This document shows positions 31,299 to 41,609 of a DNA stretch of 64,000 nucleotides, piece after piece. Below the pieces are notes generated by a model. The model had not been told where the DNA came from and ran no database searches. It saw only the letters and a program-made list of their open reading frames with translations. This stretch comes from Bdellovibrionota bacterium (lineage in GTDB: Bacteria > Bdellovibrionota_C > UBA2361 > OMII01). A program made the translations under genes and the position numbers. The DNA lies in contig JBIJBE010000009.1 of NCBI GenBank assembly GCA_044345405.1, forward strand, positions 1-64,000. Direction: 5' to 3'. The stretch's first letter is position 1, and every line of letters starts with the position of its first letter.

Positions 31299-31994
31299 CT
31301 ACGAAAAGGGAGCAAGTGACATGCCTATATCTTTAACGCCGTGAAAGGCATCCTTTAATAATTGTATGGCAGACCCGTCAATCCCGTCGAACTGGAAGTC
31401 AACCCAAGTAGTCCTTGAGACCCTAAGCTTGGGGTCAGGGCTTGGCATTTGAGTTAAAGGATTGATGGGGACTCCCCCAATAAACACGCCGCTTCCAAAG
31501 GTAACACTCGCGGGATCCCAGGAAACACAGCCCCCGTCAGCCATGTGCGCCTCCACTCTTGATCCCACCTCCTCACAAGTTTGAGGAACGAGAGATCCGT
31601 GTTTATTGGTGTTGTTAACTTTGTTAAATTTTCCAAGCCACTCATAACCCGGCTGGTAGGGCTGGCATTTTTCTAGTTCTTGCCAAGCCATGGGTGCTGT
31701 CTCCCTGAGGCCCGGGAACCATTTCGTCGTTTTCGACTTAAACTCAGCAGCATTTGGAAAGATTGGAAAGTAGAACTTTGCTTTTGGGTCGGCCGAGGGA
31801 CAATTTTTCTCTCTTATCCCACACGCCAGATAATCTAGCACCGACCGCAGGTTCTCATAGTAATTCTTGATGTCGACACGAAGGGGAGCGACAATTTGCC
31901 TCTCTTGAAGAGACGCCTCGTATTCTTTGAGAATTTCTCGGAGCTGCTGCGCAGCCTTTGCAAGGAGCGCTGCAATATCCTCTTTGCGAGTCAT
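31299..31994 (-). CDS. Hypothetical protein inside the R-M cluster (possible HEPN-like)
   Basis: ENLRSVLDYLA, FYFPI, NNTNKH; starts 9 nt after the hsdS stop. Confidence 0.65.
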   Translation of the reverse strand: MTRKEDIAALLAKAAQQLREILKEYEASLQERQIVAPLRVDIKNYYENLRSVLDYLACGIREKNCPSADPKAKFYFPIFPNAAEFKSKTTKWFPGLRETAPMAWQELEKCQPYQPGYEWLGKFNKVNNTNKHGSLVPQTCEEVGSRVEAHMADGGCVSWDPASVTFGSGVFIGGVPINPLTQMPSPDPKLRVSRTTWVDFQFDGIDGSAIQLLKDAFHGVKDIGMSLAPFS

Positions 31995-32003
31995 GGTTTG
32001 TCG

Positions 32004-33536
32004 TCAGGCCTCAACGCTTTTTGTCTTCTGAAGCTTTCCTTTGGTTGTTTTTTTCGCAGGCGCTCCCTGTTCCTTCTCTGCCTTTATCCTCCCCAACAGC
32101 ACAGACGCAGGTTCCTCACTTGGATCCTGGGGAACAAGCTCTCCGCGAAAGGCTTTGGCGAGAATGGACTGGTCTAGGGAATCAATTTGAAGCAGCCTCT
32201 CTCCGACAACAGTAGAAATGTTAGCGCAAGTGGAAAGAGTCCGTTCAAGTTTAGCCACTACCTGTTCCTGCTCTTCGATAGAACATAGGGGGATCATGAC
32301 ATTCGCTATAAGGTCCGTATTTAGATTTGGTTGTGCCGCACCTTGATTGATTGCACGAAGGCTCCTCGTTTTGCTCATCCAAAAATAGCAATGATACTTC
32401 AAGTCTGTCTCTGCAAGCCCTAGGAACGCAGCCACCCCATCATTAAACGTTGTGCCAAAAGTGCAGATCTTGGGAACTCCGAGTGTCGCACCACTATTAG
32501 AAAGCATTAGAGTAGAAGGGGCGACCCAGCGGGTTCTTGATAGGCCGGCCTGCTTGATAGAGGACTTCGCCTCATCAACATAAATCCCCTGCGAGTTTGT
32601 CAAATCTGCAACCTTCAGAAAGGGAATTGGCCCATCGTAATAACGACAATCTCCCGCAGGTCGCGGAGAACCTCCCCTAACGACATCGCATAGCTGCCCG
32701 ATAGGTAGCCAACACCACCCCTCCGGAAGCTCCGGCAGCCCCTCCGTATCAACAGCCTCCGGCTCCGTATATTTCCTCTTCCACGAATCATCCTTCGGTG
32801 GCTTTCCAGCGGCCTGAAACTTTCTGAGCTGCTCCTCTTCCCACTTCTTGCGTCGTTCAACACGGATGCGCTTCAGAAGCTCACTCGCTGGCTCAATCTT
32901 ATCCTTATTCTTCTCTCGCCACTCCTTGGTGAGGTCCCCTCGAAACGCAGCAGCCAAGACAGACTGACGGAACTTCTCAATAAGAGCAGGAACGGACTCG
33001 AGCGCTTCACGTGCGCGCTTGGAGCGGGATTGGAGGTCTTCTATCTTTCTTACGATGCGCTTTTGTTCGGGAAGAGGAGGAAGCGGAAGACAAACACCGG
33101 CTAGCTTTTGCGCGTTAACGTTCTGCATACCGCTGCCAGCTGCTGCGGCACCAATCTGCTGAAGATAACTCCGACTCTTTAAGAAGTGAGCTATGAGCTT
33201 GCTGAGCGGCTTAAATATAGGACGCCCGCGAATCAGATAGGACGCGAAAACAGCATTCGGCGGTTCAAGGACCCTCCATGCTTTTTCGATTGAGCCAGAC
33301 CGCGCAAATACGATGTCATCTTCGGCCAGAAGATACTTCTGTAGGTCCTCATTTGAAATAGTGCAGGTAGGGACTTTATCCCATTCAACTCCAGCTTCCC
33401 CAAGATCCGTTATTCGGAGAAATCGTGGTCCTGCTGCATTGGGTTCTGCCTTGGCGGTATATCCATACTGCAATCGATCCAACAGTTCTCCAAGCGTAGC
33501 TAATGCCCAACCTGCTGGTAGCTTATCTTCACTCAT
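32004..33536 (-). CDS. hsdS: Type I R-M specificity subunit
   Basis: LPAGW / LPEGW TRD starts, PLPPLPEQKRIV, QSVLAAAFRGDL, SILAKAFRGELV; overlaps the hsdM stop. Confidence 0.92.
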   Translation of the reverse strand: MSEDKLPAGWALATLGELLDRLQYGYTAKAEPNAAGPRFLRITDLGEAGVEWDKVPTCTISNEDLQKYLLAEDDIVFARSGSIEKAWRVLEPPNAVFASYLIRGRPIFKPLSKLIAHFLKSRSYLQQIGAAAAGSGMQNVNAQKLAGVCLPLPPLPEQKRIVRKIEDLQSRSKRAREALESVPALIEKFRQSVLAAAFRGDLTKEWREKNKDKIEPASELLKRIRVERRKKWEEEQLRKFQAAGKPPKDDSWKRKYTEPEAVDTEGLPELPEGWCWLPIGQLCDVVRGGSPRPAGDCRYYDGPIPFLKVADLTNSQGIYVDEAKSSIKQAGLSRTRWVAPSTLMLSNSGATLGVPKICTFGTTFNDGVAAFLGLAETDLKYHCYFWMSKTRSLRAINQGAAQPNLNTDLIANVMIPLCSIEEQEQVVAKLERTLSTCANISTVVGERLLQIDSLDQSILAKAFRGELVPQDPSEEPASVLLGRIKAEKEQGAPAKKTTKGKLQKTKSVEA

Positions 33537-34999
33537 GCCGCCTCTTCCGCAACCTGCTCATTAACCTCTAAGAGCGAAGTCAGCTCCTCCATCTCCTCAA
33601 GCGCTGTCTTGAGCGCTAGCGTAATCTCCGCGGCGACCACCTCCGGCTCCGGCAAATCCTCAACTCGCGAAACACTCTCATCATGAAGCCAGCTAATATC
33701 AAGATTATCCCCACGCTTCGTTATCTCATCACGGGAGAAGACCCGGAACCTTCCTTCCTCACCCTGGTCGACACGCTTCGATTGGCCATTAGGATCGTCA
33801 CCGAAACATTTTTCAAAGTCGACGAACGCAGCGCGGGTAAACGGAGTACGCTTGCCATAAGCAGGCATATTCGTTCGCATATCATAGACCCACACTTCTT
33901 TGGTGTTGCCGTTGTCGGATTGTCCTCGGGTGAAGAACAGAACGTTTGTCTTAACCCCCTGAGCATAGAAAATGCCAGTGGGGAGTCTCAGGATTGTGTG
34001 GAGGTTACACTTGTCCATGAGGTCGCGGCGAATATCGCGGCCGGTATTGTCTTCAAACAATACGTTATCCGGCAAGACTACGGCCGCCCGACCGTTAGGC
34101 TTTAGCCCTCGATAGATGTGTTGGAGGAATGCGAGCTGTTTATTGCTCGTGGGATACGTAAAATCACTTCGCGTTGGCTGTTCACCACCCTTCTTCGTTC
34201 CGAACGGGGGATTCGCAAGAATCACATCAGCTTTGGGAAGGTTCGTTCCAAACGGAGAGAGCGCGTCCTCGTAATAGATGGGGCTCTCAATTCCGTGCAG
34301 CATCGCATTCATGAGCGCTAAGCGGTGCACATCTTGCCCCAGCTCTACTCCGATGAAGGCCTGCGTTCTCTGAAACACCTGCTTCGCCTCGGGCAGATCA
34401 AAGAGATCGTCGGTGTGTTTCTTGATGTACCGATCTGCGGAAATCAAAAATCCTGCAGTTCCAAGCGCGGGGTCTTGTACGATCTCGCCGGCTTGAGGCT
34501 TCACGAGCTCGACCATTGAATCGATCAGAGGGCGCGGAGTGAAGTACTGTCCTGCCCCGCTTTTCTTCTCGCTCGCATTCTTCTCAAGTAAACCCTCATA
34601 GAGGTCACCGAGACCTTCGGACTTGGCGGAGTACCAGTCCAGTTTGTCGATCTCTGACACCAACTTGGCAAGGTTCTTGGGGTGTTTTAGAGCGGTCGAG
34701 GAATCCGCAAAGATCTGCCGAATACGCGCTGGGATGAATATCTTTCCTGTAGTGTCTTCTGTGCCAAGGGTAAGGAGAAGCTTCTTGTAATGAGTAAGCT
34801 GCTCAGTTCCGTCCCGAGAGGTTAGATCTTTCCAGCGGTAGCCTTCAGGAAGCTGCCCCTCCTCCCGCCCGGTTTCCTGCAGCATCTTAAGGAACAAGAG
34901 ATAGGTGAGCTCAGTCACATATTCGTGGTACGTGACACCATCATCCCGAAGAACATGACAAAGATTCCAAAGCTTTTGAACGATATCTAAGGTCGACAT
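33533..34999 (-). CDS. hsdM: Type I R-M methyltransferase subunit (NPPF)
   Basis: IVQKLWNLCHVLRDDG, GAGQYFTPR, DPALGTAGFL, ANPPFG, EcoKI-like. Confidence 0.95.
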   Translation of the reverse strand: MSTLDIVQKLWNLCHVLRDDGVTYHEYVTELTYLLFLKMLQETGREEGQLPEGYRWKDLTSRDGTEQLTHYKKLLLTLGTEDTTGKIFIPARIRQIFADSSTALKHPKNLAKLVSEIDKLDWYSAKSEGLGDLYEGLLEKNASEKKSGAGQYFTPRPLIDSMVELVKPQAGEIVQDPALGTAGFLISADRYIKKHTDDLFDLPEAKQVFQRTQAFIGVELGQDVHRLALMNAMLHGIESPIYYEDALSPFGTNLPKADVILANPPFGTKKGGEQPTRSDFTYPTSNKQLAFLQHIYRGLKPNGRAAVVLPDNVLFEDNTGRDIRRDLMDKCNLHTILRLPTGIFYAQGVKTNVLFFTRGQSDNGNTKEVWVYDMRTNMPAYGKRTPFTRAAFVDFEKCFGDDPNGQSKRVDQGEEGRFRVFSRDEITKRGDNLDISWLHDESVSRVEDLPEPEVVAAEITLALKTALEEMEELTSLLEVNEQVAEEAA

Positions 35000-37900
35000 T
35001 TACGCTACATCCTTCCAAATCTCGTCGTGTATCTCACTAAGGACCTGCTCTGCTTGGCCGGCAAAGATCTTATTTATCCGCGCAAAGCCACCCTCGGTCT
35101 GAAACTGTCCACCGTTGAGCGCCTCTCCGTCCAAGATAACCTCTAATCGGAGCTGCTTTTCGAAACGCTTGAGCCAACCCAGCTGGGCACCGGTCCAAGC
35201 CCGAGAACTATAGATCTTTTGCATGGCTCTGGCGACCCTTTGCTCGTACGGAATAAGGGGCGAGCCAAGCGCGGCGCAGCGAATGTAACCAATAATCGAA
35301 GCTGCCGTTTGGTGGGCGGTTTCTTGGTATGCAGAGTCCAGGGATTTTTCGGGGAATCCGGCTCGGTCTAGTATAAATTTAAGTTCTCGGAGGTCTTTCC
35401 GAGTGAGCTTGCTGGGCCTTGTGGTAACTACCATGAGAGCCGAAATCTTATTCTTGTTCTCATTCAGATAGTTCTTGAATGCCGTAAGGTAGTCCTCCGG
35501 CCTGTCGAAATCCCCGTATCCCCGCTCGATCCCGATAAATACATCCGGATGGTGCGAGACTAGGCGGGGCTTACCGTCTGACTCCTCACGGCTATCCAGA
35601 ATACTCGCGACTCTCGCCCCCTTGTCTTTGAAGTAATCTTTGGTGGCTTGAGGGCCCAACGTACGCACGTGAGCTGCCAGGTCCTTAACGGAGACACCAG
35701 TCACTGCCTCAAGTTCACCGGCGCGCTCGGGAGAGATGCGCTTCAAGCGACGGTTTAGCTTGGCTACTAACTGTTCGTAGACCTCCTGGCGCTCTTCTGC
35801 AGTTCCGACGTGATCAAGCTCCCCAAGAAGGGTTTCAAATGAAATCTTTGGCTGCGCTACTACGGGACGCATCGTATTCCACTCTTGAATTGCGGAATAT
35901 AAATCCACAGCGTCAAATATCTTAAACGCATCCTTATCCTGTCCAGAACCGAAGAGATCGGGGCGCTTACGCGTGGCCCGGCCTAGCATCTGCTCGTAGA
36001 GGATACGGCTGCGCACCCGTCGTATGAATACCAGGTTCACTATTGCCGGAACGTCAACGCCCGTCGTCAGGTAGTCGACTGTTACAGCAACTGAAGGGAA
36101 CTTGTCGTTCTTATATTTCTTTAAAAGCTCTTTGGGACGGTCAGTCTTGGGTTCCCCGGTTATCTTAACAACAGCATTATCCTGAATTTCGCCGTACACC
36201 TCTTGAAAGGTCTCTTTGAGAAGCCGAACAACCATGTCCGCGTGGAGGTCATCTACACAATATATAAGAGTCTTTCCCGGGCTGAGGGGATCAATCTCCG
36301 TCGCCAGCGCTGAGCAAACGGCTCGATTAAAGGACTCAGTAATGACGCTTCGATTGAAGTCCTCGATCTCTAGATTTATCTCGTCAGGGGTATCAAAGAG
36401 ATCAATCTCACCAGTCCTAGGCTGATACACCTCGATTCGCTCCCCTACCTGCCAAGTAATACCGTCTTCTCCGAGCTGCGTGAGAATTCGGTAGGGCGGA
36501 AGGTGATCCACTAAGATATCGTCAATAACAGCTTCACGGTACGAGTAGACATGGACTGGAGCTCCAAAGATCTGCTTGGTGTGAGGAGCGGGTGTTGCGG
36601 TTACCCCGACTTTTACGGCGTCAAAATACTCGACGACCCGCCGATACTTAGAGAGGTACTCCTCTTCGCTGCGGAAATTAAGCTCATTGTCACTGAGGTC
36701 CTTGTCCAGCGTATACCCTCGATGACACTCGTCAATCACGATGAGGTCGTAGGTGTCCACCGACGGCGGAGGGGCATCATCGTTCGGATACAGGACTCGC
36801 TTCATCATCCCCTGAACGGTCGAGACGTGGAGTTTAGTATCTGTCTCCGGCCGAATGTCTTTAAGCTCTTTGACCTCATAGATGTCAGCGAACGATCTGC
36901 CTCCCTCAAGCTTAATATGCTTAAAGTTCTCATCAAGCGCTTGATCCCCAAGCGCTGTTCGATCGACCAAAAAGAGCACCCTCCGGAACTTCTTTGCCTT
37001 TAGAAGGCGATAGATAAGACACACGCATACGCGGGTTTTGCCGGTACCAGTAGCCATAGCCACCAGCGCTGTTCGACGTCCCGAGGCTATCGCGTCCTCT
37101 ACTTTTAAAACCGCCTCTCGCTGATAGGAATGAAGTGGAAGATAGTCCAACGACTCTGCCTTCAGAGCAGCCTGGGCACGGTCTTCGTCCTGTTTGAGCA
37201 GATGCTTGAGTCCCTCTGGGGAATACCAAGAGGAGAGCGGGCGAGAAAGATTCACGGGACGTCGTGCATCGCGAAACCAAATACCACTCTCCTCTCTGAT
37301 TTGCTCCAGGTAGGGTCGTCCATTGGCTGAGAAAAGAAAGGGCACTCGGAAACCGCCCCAATCACTTTCATGTGAATGCGCTGCGCCCTCCCTCAGAAAC
37401 CCCTGGCTGTATCTGGTTGCCTGGGTTCCGATATACGAGGAGACATTCCTATTCCTTCGCTTAGCCTCAACCACTGCCAGCGGCAGGAGGCCGTCAAAAA
37501 GAACATAATCCGCGGGGCCCGATTCTGTGGGCCACTCCGCAATTGCCAAGAACTTACCTTTTTGTGGCCGGGCGCCCTTTCGGTAATCCAGCCGTTGAGT
37601 ATCAGCCTCCCAACCTGCGTCGCGCAGCTGTTTATCGATGATCTTTCTGGTGTCTGCTTCGGAGAGATCTAACTCGCGGGAGGCTTTCTCTGCCCGCTGG
37701 ATGAGAGTAACAATCTCTTCGTCTGTCTTCTCGTCCGTCGCATTCTTTAATTCGGAGAGACGCTGATTGAGAGCCTCCTTCTCTTCCCGATCCCTGGTAG
37801 CTCGAGATTCTGCCTCCTCGGCAAGGGATAGTAGGGCTTCGTTATCCGCGTATGCCTTGAGAGCCTTTTCTTCGTAGTCTTTCGCTATGAGCTTAGCCGC

Positions 37901-38410
37901 CTCTAGCTCGGCGAGCTTCTCGTGCATCTCCCGCCTAACGGCTTCTAGCTCCGTAGTCAGGTCAGCGGTCGCATCCTTGGGCGCCTGAGGAGGAACGAAG
38001 GGCCCTGGCTTAAAGCCAGGATCGCGACCAAAGGAACGGTGAAACCAGACGGCAAGCGAGCGACTATATTTCAGCGCAGTGAGAGCCTCAGCTTGGGAGA
38101 ATTGCCTTTCGTTATGGGCGGCAGCATTGGCATCCTTTCGAATGGTGTGCCAAAGGTCTGCCAGGTCTTGAGCTATGACTCCTTCACTCCGGAACGTGCT
38201 GATAAGCTCGGCCAAAGTAGTTCCTTCGTAGTTCGGTATCCCGGTATAGGTGGCGGTGAGGTTAGCTATGCCTTCAATCAGTTGCCGAATCTTAATAAGC
38301 GCGGTGTCTGGATCCTCAAACACGAATCGCTCGGCCAAGGCGCCGTAACGAGCGAGTAGAGGTTCGCGCTTCTGCAGAAATCCAAAGTTGATTGATACAA
38401 GAGTTTTCAT
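35000..38410 (-). CDS. hsdR: Type I R-M restriction subunit, EcoKI-like
   Basis: ADYVLF...VVEAK nuclease, MATGTGKT, DECHRGY, TATP, LTTGVDVP, QMLGRATR. Confidence 0.95.
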   Translation of the reverse strand: MKTLVSINFGFLQKREPLLARYGALAERFVFEDPDTALIKIRQLIEGIANLTATYTGIPNYEGTTLAELISTFRSEGVIAQDLADLWHTIRKDANAAAHNERQFSQAEALTALKYSRSLAVWFHRSFGRDPGFKPGPFVPPQAPKDATADLTTELEAVRREMHEKLAELEAAKLIAKDYEEKALKAYADNEALLSLAEEAESRATRDREEKEALNQRLSELKNATDEKTDEEIVTLIQRAEKASRELDLSEADTRKIIDKQLRDAGWEADTQRLDYRKGARPQKGKFLAIAEWPTESGPADYVLFDGLLPLAVVEAKRRNRNVSSYIGTQATRYSQGFLREGAAHSHESDWGGFRVPFLFSANGRPYLEQIREESGIWFRDARRPVNLSRPLSSWYSPEGLKHLLKQDEDRAQAALKAESLDYLPLHSYQREAVLKVEDAIASGRRTALVAMATGTGKTRVCVCLIYRLLKAKKFRRVLFLVDRTALGDQALDENFKHIKLEGGRSFADIYEVKELKDIRPETDTKLHVSTVQGMMKRVLYPNDDAPPPSVDTYDLIVIDECHRGYTLDKDLSDNELNFRSEEEYLSKYRRVVEYFDAVKVGVTATPAPHTKQIFGAPVHVYSYREAVIDDILVDHLPPYRILTQLGEDGITWQVGERIEVYQPRTGEIDLFDTPDEINLEIEDFNRSVITESFNRAVCSALATEIDPLSPGKTLIYCVDDLHADMVVRLLKETFQEVYGEIQDNAVVKITGEPKTDRPKELLKKYKNDKFPSVAVTVDYLTTGVDVPAIVNLVFIRRVRSRILYEQMLGRATRKRPDLFGSGQDKDAFKIFDAVDLYSAIQEWNTMRPVVAQPKISFETLLGELDHVGTAEERQEVYEQLVAKLNRRLKRISPERAGELEAVTGVSVKDLAAHVRTLGPQATKDYFKDKGARVASILDSREESDGKPRLVSHHPDVFIGIERGYGDFDRPEDYLTAFKNYLNENKNKISALMVVTTRPSKLTRKDLRELKFILDRAGFPEKSLDSAYQETAHQTAASIIGYIRCAALGSPLIPYEQRVARAMQKIYSSRAWTGAQLGWLKRFEKQLRLEVILDGEALNGGQFQTEGGFARINKIFAGQAEQVLSEIHDEIWKDVA

Positions 38411-38643
38411 GGTGTATTCCCACGCCCCTTTATTGGACTCTAAACGCCGTTCTCTGAATATACCCAGGCGAGCTCTTCACCGGCAAGGTCTTTAGGGGCC
38501 GTCGGACCCATGTTGATGCAGACTCCTGTGTGAAGTGGGGTATCCCGTGCAGGACCCAAAACCCGCACTGGCGCTTGAATAAGCAGGCGGTCAGTTTTTT
38601 TTTAGCGTTCATAAAATCGATCCTGAGTAACTTAAAGTATCTA

Positions 38644-40380
38644 CTAACTCCATAGCGCCTGTTGTCTTTCAGCGATGTCAGCGCGAAGCTGCTCTATTCG
38701 CTCTTGGATTTCGAAAATATCGCGATGCACTTGGGTTACTCTTTCTGTTTCATCAACATCAGGCACAGGGATCGGCAGTGACTTCAAATCCTGTGCCGAA
38801 AGAGTTTGCATCGCTCCTTGTATTTGTTTGCTCTTTATCAAGCTCTGTCCAACCCTCGATCTCAGGAACTGGGTGACAAATTGGGGTGAGAGTTGGGACG
38901 AACCTAACTTTGGACGCAAGGTAACGAAAACCTGCCCAGCAAACCAAATGCCCTCGTGCTCTGGCACAATCGCAACATGGCCAACGCTACCTTTTACCGA
39001 TAGGAGGACATCTCCAGGCATCAAGGCCAGCTTGCCTATTTTTTTCATCAGGTCAAATCCGACCTTGCGTCGTTTTTGGGGAGTTCTTATGTCCCCGATC
39101 TCTGTAATATCCGAGATTGAGACCTCGTAAATATCTTCGCCACCCCCTGCGCTATCGGACAAAGCAGGCGCACGTTGGATCTCTATGAGTTCATCCAACT
39201 CCGCACATTTTCTATCGGAAAAAAATTCCTCTACCTCCTTGTTGGTTTCCGTAGAAACATACCTTGAGGGATCCATGTTATAGAGGTTTCGCTCAATCTC
39301 GCTCGGCTCAACGATTTTAAACAGATCCCCATTTTGCCTTTTCTGATAGGCCTCTAGAATTCTTCGCAGCCCCTCTCGTTCACCATATTTCTTAAAAACC
39401 TCAGCCGCGTCAGCCATGAAAACGCCCTCGGTTGGATTGAACGCGCTACCCCTCAGAACGACGATCGCTGCTGGAATACGAGTCTGCGATAAGCTGCCAA
39501 CTGGAAGTTTGATGATAGCTTCGATTGCCCGCTCGCCCAGCAACAGCCGTTTGAATTCTCTCTCCTCCGTGGTAGTGCGTGAGAGACTAGCTGCTGGCAG
39601 CACAATTACAGCCCGTCTCTTGGCTCTCTCCCGCGCGTCCAATATTGCTATGTTTTCAAAGAATCGACCCCGATAAGGGTACTTATCACTCAGCTTGCGG
39701 GCACTCTCAGGCCTAATCTTGAAGCCCACCGGAGGTGCCGAAAACACCACATCGTAAATCTTCCCGTGTTCCTGCTCTAAGACCTCTTCTGCATGGAGGG
39801 TTGAGATATCAACCTGCATATCAAAGAGCCAGCTATAAAGGGTTGCAAGGAAAGCGTTGTCACTTTCCTCAACGGTCACAGACACGCGCTTATCCTCGAG
39901 ACTCTCAACCAAGTCAAAGGCCGCGGTGAACATACAGCCCGCAGCATCTCCCATTTTCAGCTCGCCCAATCGAACACAAAGTTCGCTGGCAATCGGATTA
40001 ATATACCGAGAGAACTTATCTGATCGATTGGTCTTGCGCGCCTCGTCCCAAAGGAAACGGAGGTTAGAGACATTCGTAGCTAGCTCTTGGGCGAGTTCAA
40101 GCGCCATTCCGAGATGGTACTCACTCAGGTACTGATAGACACTGAAGACATTAACGAACTTCGAGGAGACCTTATCCTTTACAGAGCCGGCATATTCAAA
40201 AGCGGATGTGGTTCCCCGGGAAAAAGGAGGAACAGCGGCCTTTCGAAAGGTAGCACACAAAACAAGTAGAAAGAGATGAGAGTCATGGAGCGTTACCTTA
40301 TCTCTCAACTCATCTAAGACGCGAAACACTCGTCGCTGATTTGATTCATCGAGGGATTTTTTTGTTGGTAGATCATTCAT
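38644..40380 (-). CDS. N6-methyltransferase-like domain fused to a single HsdS-like TRD, with degenerate motifs
   Basis: YDVVFSAPPVG, RAVIVLP, IEAIIKLP, then PGDVLLSVKGSVGHVA, FLRSRVGQ, DLKSLPIPVP; ATG 40380 after GGAG. Confidence 0.7.
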   Translation of the reverse strand: MNDLPTKKSLDESNQRRVFRVLDELRDKVTLHDSHLFLLVLCATFRKAAVPPFSRGTTSAFEYAGSVKDKVSSKFVNVFSVYQYLSEYHLGMALELAQELATNVSNLRFLWDEARKTNRSDKFSRYINPIASELCVRLGELKMGDAAGCMFTAAFDLVESLEDKRVSVTVEESDNAFLATLYSWLFDMQVDISTLHAEEVLEQEHGKIYDVVFSAPPVGFKIRPESARKLSDKYPYRGRFFENIAILDARERAKRRAVIVLPAASLSRTTTEEREFKRLLLGERAIEAIIKLPVGSLSQTRIPAAIVVLRGSAFNPTEGVFMADAAEVFKKYGEREGLRRILEAYQKRQNGDLFKIVEPSEIERNLYNMDPSRYVSTETNKEVEEFFSDRKCAELDELIEIQRAPALSDSAGGGEDIYEVSISDITEIGDIRTPQKRRKVGFDLMKKIGKLALMPGDVLLSVKGSVGHVAIVPEHEGIWFAGQVFVTLRPKLGSSQLSPQFVTQFLRSRVGQSLIKSKQIQGAMQTLSAQDLKSLPIPVPDVDETERVTQVHRDIFEIQERIEQLRADIAERQQALWS

Positions 40381-40393
40381 AGGATTCTCCGAA

Positions 40394-40645
40394 CTAATTG
40401 AAAAGCTTATACGTTGTGATCTCAGTATTTCCACTTGTGACAACCACGAGCCCACCACTTTGAGTGGCCTTGAGAGCAATTCTCTTTAACTTCTCGGCCA
40501 TCTCAACAAGACCGAGCGCCGCTTTGCGAGTCAGAATGCACCTGTTGTCATGACTAGGCTCCCCGTACTGCATAACCAACCGGACCATCTCTTCACTAAT
40601 AGCCCGTTGGCTCATCCGCGCTTTCATGTGGTTTGTCTTGCTCAT
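40394..40645 (-). CDS. DUF4258-like small protein
   Basis: TNHMKARMSQRAIS...YGE...LVVV...ITTY; GGAGG RBS. Confidence 0.65.
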   Translation of the reverse strand: MSKTNHMKARMSQRAISEEMVRLVMQYGEPSHDNRCILTRKAALGLVEMAEKLKRIALKATQSGGLVVVTSGNTEITTYKLFN

Positions 40646-41065
40646 AGAGTCCTCCAATCTCAGAACTCGACAAAGGTACACCACACAACACCCATTGTAA
40701 ATGCCGTACTTTCGCTTCAATGCGCTTACTGAAAGCCCTCAGGAAGGGAGTAAAGAGACATTTAGCATTTATTTTTAGTAGGTTACGAATCTAAGGTTGG
40801 TAGTTAAGGGGGGGGGATAAAAAATTTTACCTCTATCCCTCTAGCAGTGTTCCCGCGCGTTTCAACGGTGAGAAACGTTCGCCAGGTACCAGATTGTCGA
40901 GCATCTCGGCGGTACAGACATCGCTTAACAGATGCACCGGCATCCCCCGAATCCTGCCCGCCTTGCCTCCATTCCTCGTCTAACAACGCTTACATAGGAG
41001 AACATTTTTGAGGGAACCTATTTGGACAATATCGAAAACTCACCGACTAAATAGAGGCACGTTGA

Positions 41066-41593
41066 ATGACGCAACACCCCTTTGGGACCACGGAACAGCG
41101 AGAAGCAAAAGAAATAGTTCTGTTTATAAGGGAGTACAACCTCATTGAACCAGGCGCTCCATGGACCGCTTCTACACATCGAGATCGCCCCGATTTTATC
41201 ATAACCAGCGAAAGCAATTTTGAAGAGCGAGCAGTCGAGCTGACTTCAGTCTACCTCGACGATAAGAGCGTGGCACGAGATCATGTTCGACGGTTGAGAG
41301 GCCCGATACCGATACCTTACGACGCTCGCAAAGTGGAAAGATATAAGGCACGGATCATTCGCGCAGTAGAGAAGAAGTGTCGTTCTTTCGCTGATGGATT
41401 CGGAGGACGAACCGCCGTCCTATCTGTTTATTTGAACGAATATATCGCAATCCATATGAGCCAAGAGGACTTATTTGAACTCTTACTCATTCATCTTCCG
41501 CGGGTCGCTGGAAGAGTCCCTTTCAATCAGATCTTACTGTGGGGAGGCTGTCCGGATACGCCCGCTGTCTACTCCCGTGACCAATGCACGTAG
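41066..41593 (+). CDS. Hypothetical protein, possible PD-(D/E)xK fold
   Basis: DRPDFII...AVELT motif; GAGG RBS. Confidence 0.55.
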   Translation: MTQHPFGTTEQREAKEIVLFIREYNLIEPGAPWTASTHRDRPDFIITSESNFEERAVELTSVYLDDKSVARDHVRRLRGPIPIPYDARKVERYKARIIRAVEKKCRSFADGFGGRTAVLSVYLNEYIAIHMSQEDLFELLLIHLPRVAGRVPFNQILLWGGCPDTPAVYSRDQCT

Positions 41594-41609
41594 TAGCTAT
41601 CGCCCCAAG

